Source: Marsupella aquatica (taxonomy: Eukaryota; Plantae; Marchantiophyta). Taken from it: a DNA stretch of 64,000 nt. Made by a program: the position numbers and the translations under genes. The notes under the pieces are model-generated. The model saw nothing but the letters and a program-made list of their open reading frames with translations. It ran no database searches and was not told the origin of the DNA. Where the stretch lies: positions 9,611,839 through 9,675,838 of the forward strand of contig OZ316893.1 in the NCBI GenBank assembly GCA_973895155.1, written 5' to 3'. Positions 56,738-64,000 of the stretch are shown here, piece by piece (position 1 is the first letter of the stretch; each line of letters starts with the position of its first letter).

Positions 56738-58108
56738 TTGGACACCCAGGTACAAACAGTTACTGACTTTGAAGGCCTCGTTTTGCCACTCTTTCCCCTT
56801 TTGGCCACATTTCACCTGTGGAAGGATGGACAGAACTACTGTCCATCTAGAGCCCTCACTTCACTTGGAATGATGGTCCCTCTCTTCACTGCCTAGGGTC
56901 TAGAGTGAAGACTCTAGACAATGACTGTGGAGCCATACCTGAAGTTTGGGGGTGAAAACTGGGGATTGGAGGGTAGGTTTAGTCTCCAAAGTTGATTCAT
57001 GGGGCTTGAATGTACCCAAGTCTATTTATGTTCAAAGAAAGGACACTCGGGCTAATGTAAATCAAAGCTCATGGACACAAGTGCACGCTTTAGAATTGAG
57101 GTCTCACATGGCTCTCACATCGCGTGTTCCAGGAAAGCGCGTGTTCCAGGAATTTGGTTACCATGTTTCATGTACATGGGTCCCATCATTCGTACCGCGT
57201 TCTGCCTCACACCTATATAGACACCCTCGAAGTCGTCATCCTGACCCCATTCCAGTCCATTCCAGTCCATCCCATCCAATCTCGGCTCACCGGCTGTTAC
57301 CTACCCCGCTCAGTTCCATATCACCTCACTCGTGTTTCCCTCGTCCCCCTTTGACCAGGTTTTGGAAGGCAGAATGGCCAACGTTCGATGAGTTCCGTTT
57401 TGCGTTACTTTTGCAACAGGTCCAGTTGCGCGGCCTGTCGCCGGGCATGCTCTCTCCCTTTCTCCCTTCTTCGCCCGGCCCCCCCCCCCCCCCCCCTCCC
57501 AAAAAGAAAAAAAATTCAATTCCAAAGCGAGGTACTCGGATTTTGTCCCCTCGAAGTTATCACAAGTTCTCCTCCTTCGTGTTGAAATCCTACTGTGAAG
57601 AATCGCAAAACAATTAAAAGTAGACTTCGTTTGTAAAAGGTTCAACTAGAATGCGAGTGCTCGGATTATCTTCTCCTCTTTTGTGCTGAGAAAAAGACTC
57701 AATTCGACTTTCACGTATATTGTCATCGTGTGGTAGGGACGTTACTACAGATGACACTTGACGAAAGAGCCGGGAAAGCTCACCTCAATTAAAAAATGGA
57801 AGCTGTACAAAACAGGGACCCAGACGAGGCAAATGAATTTTTGTACAGCGTACTTTTCCAAGGGATTGACCAATGTAATTGCGCGGATGGTGTACATAAC
57901 GCGCAACGCATCGATTCCGCTTTGTCTATTTCTATCAGGGGCACTTGCTGCGCAATTACAGAAACAAAGGGAGCGCCACAATCCTGTTCTGAAAAACTTT
58001 TTGCCTTTCCAAAAAATGGTGATTGCCAAGGTGAAGGGAGTCCGCGTACCCATCTAAATTTGCTTTGAGGGAAAACAATGTAGAGAGCCCTACTAAATAA
58101 ATTCTTCG

Positions 58109-60506
58109 CTATCTAAGCCCACGCGTCATTAAAGATTTGATATCCAAAGCACAAGCCAGACGCGTAGCGAGAAATAAAGTGTATAGAATCCACTGACCCA
58201 CTCCGAAGCGTTTCGTCGGCTGCATGTCTCGTGACATCATAAGCAAAGACCAAACTAATCCAATCACCAAGAATGCCAGTGTAATGAAGATTGTGCTATC
58301 TTCTGGAATGGCGAACGGAGAAGGGTAGGTTTTCCAGCTTTCCAGAAGAAATGAGACCCCGATCCCTATCAGAGTGTTAAACATGGGTCCAGCATAACAA
58401 CCTGAGAATGAAGTCTGCACACGACGGTCACCGTGAGACGCTAAAGCCAGGTTTGACATCATGTCTCCGATTGAATTGCCCCACGCCAGCACAGTCAGAC
58501 CAAAAATGGCCGGATCGATCTGCCAAACTGCTCCTAGAGCCACCAGAACAGCCACAAGCTCCACGGCGATAACATAAAACCATACCATACTCATGATGAA
58601 TCCACCAGCCGCCCACAGCGCCTTACAACTGACGGGTGGATGATCCTTTCTCAAAAATATCAATGACAAAACTCCCAGCACAATCCCGACACTCCCAGCG
58701 ACAATGTATTCCGCCCGAGCACTGCCAAAGGGTCCGCCATCCTCCCCGTCCCATACCAAGGCAAGCAGAATAGGTGCAAACGTGACACTACAAACAGCAT
58801 AGCCCTTGGACCACAGACGACCGTCTTGTATAAGAGGGATGGTCAGCCGACGAGGTACGGTAAGAGTACACGTAAGACATGAGAAAACTCCTCGAAGACT
58901 GCACCAATTCAATTTCTCAATCTCCTCCTCATCCGATAGTTGCGGGTTGGGAATGAGAGGAGATTCTTGCCCTTCGATGTCTCCATTAGGTGCCAATCTC
59001 CCCGGGGGCAACGGAGTCTCATCAACAGAAGCAACATCTGTTGGTCAAAGATATCCACAAGCTGAGCATCAGTAACCAGATTCGCTAACTTCACATAGAA
59101 GGGCAGAAAGTTCTAAAAGTATCCATTCAAAAAAACTGTAACTATCAACAGACTTCTTGGTCCCACAGTGGACATTTTCTGTACTTTTTATCAGGGCTGG
59201 AGAAGCAAATGAATTGCCATAACAGACAATGAGCGTGCATGGACTTTCAATTACAACACGAGAATTTGCTGTAGAGCTGGGCTTGCAAGCTCACTCTTCT
59301 CATCTTGAACGCTTTTGGACTGCCACAGTCGCAGATTATTTGCACCGAGTAATCTCATAGTAACACTGGACGAGAATCCTAGAACGCATCCATACCTACA
59401 ATTCCGAAGAGACGGAGCTTTCAGTGAATACCTGTGAGAAGAGGTGTTCCGAGGGAGTCGTTGGAGCTGTTGACCCGCCACGTGATAAACTCTACGGCAA
59501 GTACGACGCCCACATAGATTACATAGATCGCAAGATAAGCGACAGCCTCCAAGAAACGAATTTCCCCGTCAGAGAGAATGTAGGTTAGCGCTGCCAGACT
59601 AACCAGAAAGAACGTAACATCTCTCAGGAAGGCGCCGCGATCCAGTTCTACATTAGAACCTGATGATTTAATCGCTAGACCAACGGATCCCGCCACCACG
59701 GTCGACACGAACATCGCACCACCCAACACAGAGTTCAATCCGACCTGCCCTTGCCCTGAATGACTGGCAAACGCCGCGATGCTGGCGAACACATCCGGCG
59801 CCCCATTTCCAAATGGAAGGAGTGTCACCCCCGCAAGGGTCGACGACATTGACAGAAATTGCGATAGTCTATGCATTGAGTCACAGAAAAAATTATGTGC
59901 AGTGTCCCCTAACGTGTAGAACAGAGCAGCCAAGTAGAGAATGAGAGCAGCATAAGCGAAAACTGAGGTCCCAGAGAAATTGCAGAAAAACACCTCTGTG
60001 TACTCAATTAGGGTTCCCGAGCTGCACTCCGGTGTTGCCCTTACGTAGGAGCATGAATCCGAGTACCCCGGGTGCTCCCAGGCGTCGGTGCAAGTTGACC
60101 CCTGGGTAGTCTTCTGAACGGGAATCGCAACTTTCAATTCACTCCCACTTTCAGGAGACAAGTCCAGTGGCTGTAAAACCTCTCCCCCATCAAATTCTGA
60201 TTCTTGTGAATAAAGCTTTCGAATTGAATCCTCTCCATTTTGAGTCACATCCTCACCAACACTTTCTGCCAGACGTCTCACTGCTGGTCTCGATGCGTCA
60301 CCTTCTCGTACACTACTACTACTACGGCCTATTTGACTCGGACCTAGGTTCTCCGAAAAATCCCACTTGGGAGGAAACTGGTGATAATTCAAAGGACCGT
60401 TGCCCGCGAGTCCTGCTCCTCGGTGGAGAACAAAGAGAACGAAAATGATGGACGAACCCAACCGAATGCTGGGACGAATTACACGACGCCATACAGAGTA
60501 TGTCAT
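58109..60506 (-). CDS. CCX: Cation/calcium exchanger (CaCA family, CCX clade), ~667 aa
   Basis: Exons 60506-59432 and 59037-58109 (phase-1 GT-AG intron). Alpha-1 repeat AGVTLLPFGNGAPDVFASIAAF and alpha-2 repeat FGLTVLAWGNSIGD...SGCYAGPMFNTL; many TM helices; PRRLTIP. Confidence 0.93.
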
Positions 60507-61972
60507 GCTGCCACTGCTGCTCTACGTATTGTCGCTTGAAGAAGAGCCGCTTTGCAATTCCATGGGTTTGCAATAGAGCAACAATCTTCAGGTGCTCCTT
60601 CTTCGCTCGGTTCGGAGCAAGTTTCTCGAAGCACTTTTTTTTCTCCTCACGAAACAAGTCGAGTGTACAAACAAGGGCCCTGCCTGACCGCGCCAAAAGC
60701 ACGAGGTGGTAGGTTGGAGGAAACCTGCATCCGCAATTTCCTTCAAAGTTGCTTACTAACATTCATCATTATCCGCTGCCTTCGGACCAAAGCAACTTGT
60801 CGGTCGCAATCACTGGCGACACAGCAAACGACCGCTTCAGATTGTGTTTTGTACGCCTCACGGACGGAAAGAAACCTTCAGGACGGGCGACTTTGAAAGA
60901 TCGTGCAATCCGCCCGAGAATTTCCGGGACGACGCCCTGCAATGTGACCAACTAGCTCGATTTCCCTCTCAATTCATTCTTGATTTCCGAAGACTCACCA
61001 CGAGATTCGACTCTCGACATAACTACTGTACACAGCAGGAGGTGATCAACCTCTGCCACACACTCTTCGCCTCTATCAATGTACACGTGATTTCTGCGTA
61101 CTCATCAGAATAGTACACTCCCGATGAAACTCCAGCATAAGAGGCTCTCTGCCACGACGAAGAGTCGACACTCGAAGAAACTCCAGATTGCTAGGCGACC
61201 AACTACCACATCACTCGACTCTCAACGAGAAGCACAACGGGGTGAACTTCAAGCACAAGAGTCGACTCACGACGAACCTACCAAAGGTTGCGTGGTGATC
61301 ACCTGTGTATGGCTCACTCTGTCTCGCTCGCTGGCAATGCTACTGTATCATATTTGTAGCTCATTCGAATGTCAAGAAATCGGAATTGTAGCTCCACATC
61401 TTCTCTGGTTTGTCAATCGGGATATTATCAACTTGCGCTAAACGAGTTTACGACAAACCCACGACATGATACCACCGCGCCGGAGGACACGTCCCAAGAG
61501 GACTGGACTCCCAATCACCGATGTCTCCCGTAGCAGTCTATCGCAGTATGGCAGATTCCCGTGTCGAGGCGGCACTGTAAGCCGTGTTGTCGACAGGACC
61601 GTCACGTCCATGAACTTACTGTAACCTGGATCTCCTTTACTCTATTCGGACGTGACACTCGGGTGTGTCATCGGGGTTTACAGTCTCGGAATATCGGATT
61701 GTTTACAGTCCTATGGAAGTATGGAGTAATGCAGTGTACGGCCGTGTACTCGGAGTTGAGTCATAACAAAGCACCGACCACAGACAGTCAGCTGACACGA
61801 CTCACCACTAACAGAATCTGTAGCGTCGTCTGTAGCTCTCTGGCTACATTGTCATTGGCTGTCCATCAGCAACATTACACTAATTGTGTAGATTAATCCA
61901 TGGGCCGAAGATTCATGGAGACTAGTCCTTGTTTTGTCATTAAATGCACCTAGGTTCTCCCCCACACCCCAC

Positions 61973-62215
61973 CGGAAGACCCTCCTCATTTTTGTGTCAC
62001 AATTCAGTTTCAGGCCAGCCTTTTTGGGTTCCCTCGTTGCCCCTGCCCATCCTATGCCTGGGCAGCCCTTAAAATCACACCCTTCCTTCCCAACACCCCA
62101 CCTGAAGACTCTCCTCATTTTTGTGTCACAAGTAGGTTTCAGGCCAACCTTTTTGGGTTCCCTCGCTGCCCCTGCCCATCCCATGCCTGGGCAGCCCCTA
62201 AAACCCCACCCTTCC
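61973..62215. repeat. 120-bp tandem duplication
   Basis: gaagac.ctcctcatttttgtgtcacaa...tttttgggttccctcg.tgcccctgcccatcc.atgcctgggcagccc.taaaa..cacccttcc occurs twice with period 120. Confidence 0.9.
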
Positions 62216-62340
62216 AGCTGCTGACTGTTTGTTGAGTAAGGGTGGTGAACAAAGTTGCCATGACTCGAAGGAATGTTTAAGGCAAGCATCTACTCTTTCC
62301 CTTATCCCCTTTCTATGTCTTTCCCCAATTTCTCGAAAGA

Positions 62341-63009
62341 ATAGTCTTCCGTGAACTTTAGTAAGGGGAACCAATGGTTTGGGTGAAATCCGGGTGCCTC
62401 ACTGATGCTATTTGGGTGCTATTTTTTTTAATTTGTTTTTTGCAGTTAAATCAAGTGGCCCTTCAACCATTCTTTGATGCTATTTTGCCAAAAACCTTTG
62501 TGGAAATATTCATGTTAGACTTGAGCTTTTCGTTGGTGTTATTTTTGTGAAAGTTTTTTTCAGATGTGAGCATCTAGCTAGAGCATTTCAGGCAATTTAT
62601 GTCACTTAAATGGTAATTTTTATTGTTTAGCTTAGTACACAATGCACTAATTGAATTCACAAGGCATCAATTGATTCATAAAAATGAGCACTAGGATGCA
62701 TATAGTAACAAATGTAAAAGCAGTTATATGACCTTAAAATTTGAGCTCAATGTTGGTGAAACAACCACAAAATTAGCTATCAAAATCATATCACAATTCA
62801 CATCTCTATGTTTACTCAAAGTGACACAAAAGAAACTTTCACAAAAAGAACTTGGTGTGTTTAGGAAATACTCACGTTGGACTCCTTTTTTTGGCAAAAT
62901 AGCATCAAAGAATTGTTTAAATCACACTTGATTTATTTGCAGAAAACAAATTTAAAAAAATAGTACCCAAAACCACTGACTCGCCTTACTAAAGTTCAGG
63001 TAAGACTAT
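62341..63009. mobile_element. Foldback/MITE-like element with long terminal inverted repeats
   Basis: Left atagtcttccgtgaactttagtaagg...ctatttttttta.tttgtttt.tgca...aaatcaagtg...attctttgatgctattttgccaaaaa pairs with the reverse complement of 62888-63009. No ORF; TSD not resolved. Confidence 0.75.
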
Positions 63010-64000
63010 GCTTGGAGAAATACTTTCAGGTGTGAGTACTGCCAAAAAATTTGAGATGGAATAACTAAAGAGAGTAAATATTAGGTACCTTAAAGTAGTA
63101 CTTACCTTGCACAAGTATTTCAACACATGAAAAAAATGAATATGGGAGTGACAAGGGCTAAATACTTTGTACATATGTTATCTATTTATTTTAAGCAAGT
63201 GTACACTTAAAATTGCTTCTAGAGAGTACATTTGGTGGACTGATGTAGATAATTGTAGGATTATGTTACAATTAAAAAATGCAGAAAAGAATCACTAACA
63301 CAGGTCATGAGAAAGGGTTGCAGGGACAAGGGGCCCCATTAAGTATATTTGAAAAGTGAGAGTCACGAATATCTTTACCTAGAGGGGACCCATCAAGTAT
63401 TTTGCTGCGCTTTTTGTGATCGTTTAGTTTCTGCCTTGAAATTCCTTTCTTTGTCTTTTCTCAACTCCATTTCTCAACCAAACCAGACTTTTTGACATCC
63501 TTTGATTCATGCCAGAAATTTTTGTCTGTAGGGTTGTAGTTATTTAGTCATTTTTGCAGTTGTTTGGACTCAGGCTTATTTTGGCTCTTTAATCTTACAG
63601 AGGTTAGGCTAATGTTTTCACCCCTTTATTGAGTCACTTGCCTTTGGTATCCTGTTTCCTGGTTTGACATTTTTTGTCCTTTGGAAATGTCACATATACA
63701 TTCTCCTTCAACCAGATAGTTCTTTTCTGGAATCTGAGATAATTTTGTTCCTACAAAAGAGACCTCAATGCAACCACACTCAATGCTGAGAGGAATTCCT
63801 GCCTGAAAAAAATATATTTGTAGGGAGGGTTTAGTTCTTCTTGCAATTGGTGATTGCGCTCGCCTTATTTGGCTCTTTGGTCTTATTTCCATGTTTCAAA
63901 CTTTCAAAATACAGTTAGAAAAATCTGACTAATGACCAGAGAGCGGGCCAGAGAACCCATTATTTAAAATTAAAATATAGAAATTAAAATATAGAAATAA

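Noticed and set aside
56946-57617. 223-aa ORF
   Set aside because: TTG start, crosses repeat fragments and poly-C/poly-A tracts, no motif.
61852-62289. 145-aa ORF with internal repeat
   Set aside because: Product of the 120-bp tandem duplication.

Overview
Eukaryotic nuclear DNA from a land plant: GT-AG introns and plastid-targeted NdhM and TLP18.3. A bryophyte/liverwort source is my impression only. Most short ORFs in the supplied track are noise. Five spliced host genes can be reconstructed by hand: a VOC/glyoxalase-like gene with an unusual ~300-aa N-terminal extension (-), ITPK4 (12 exons, +), NdhM (+), TLP18.3/Psb32 (-) and a CCX cation/Ca2+ exchanger (-). Two intronless genes of unknown family are also present: a 134-aa secreted Cys-rich protein and a 393-aa Ser-rich, probably nuclear protein. 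Mobile DNA comprises the 3' part of a pogo-like DDE transposon, a full-length but multiply disabled Ty1/copia element with 204/205-identical LTRs, a solo LTR, a tRNA-derived SINE with a 16-bp TSD, two copies of an unclassified ~440-bp element flanked by direct repeats of different lengths, two foldback structures and several tandem arrays. I see no clear multi-gene novel system. The best leads are the orphan secreted protein, the extended glyoxalase and the ~440-bp element.
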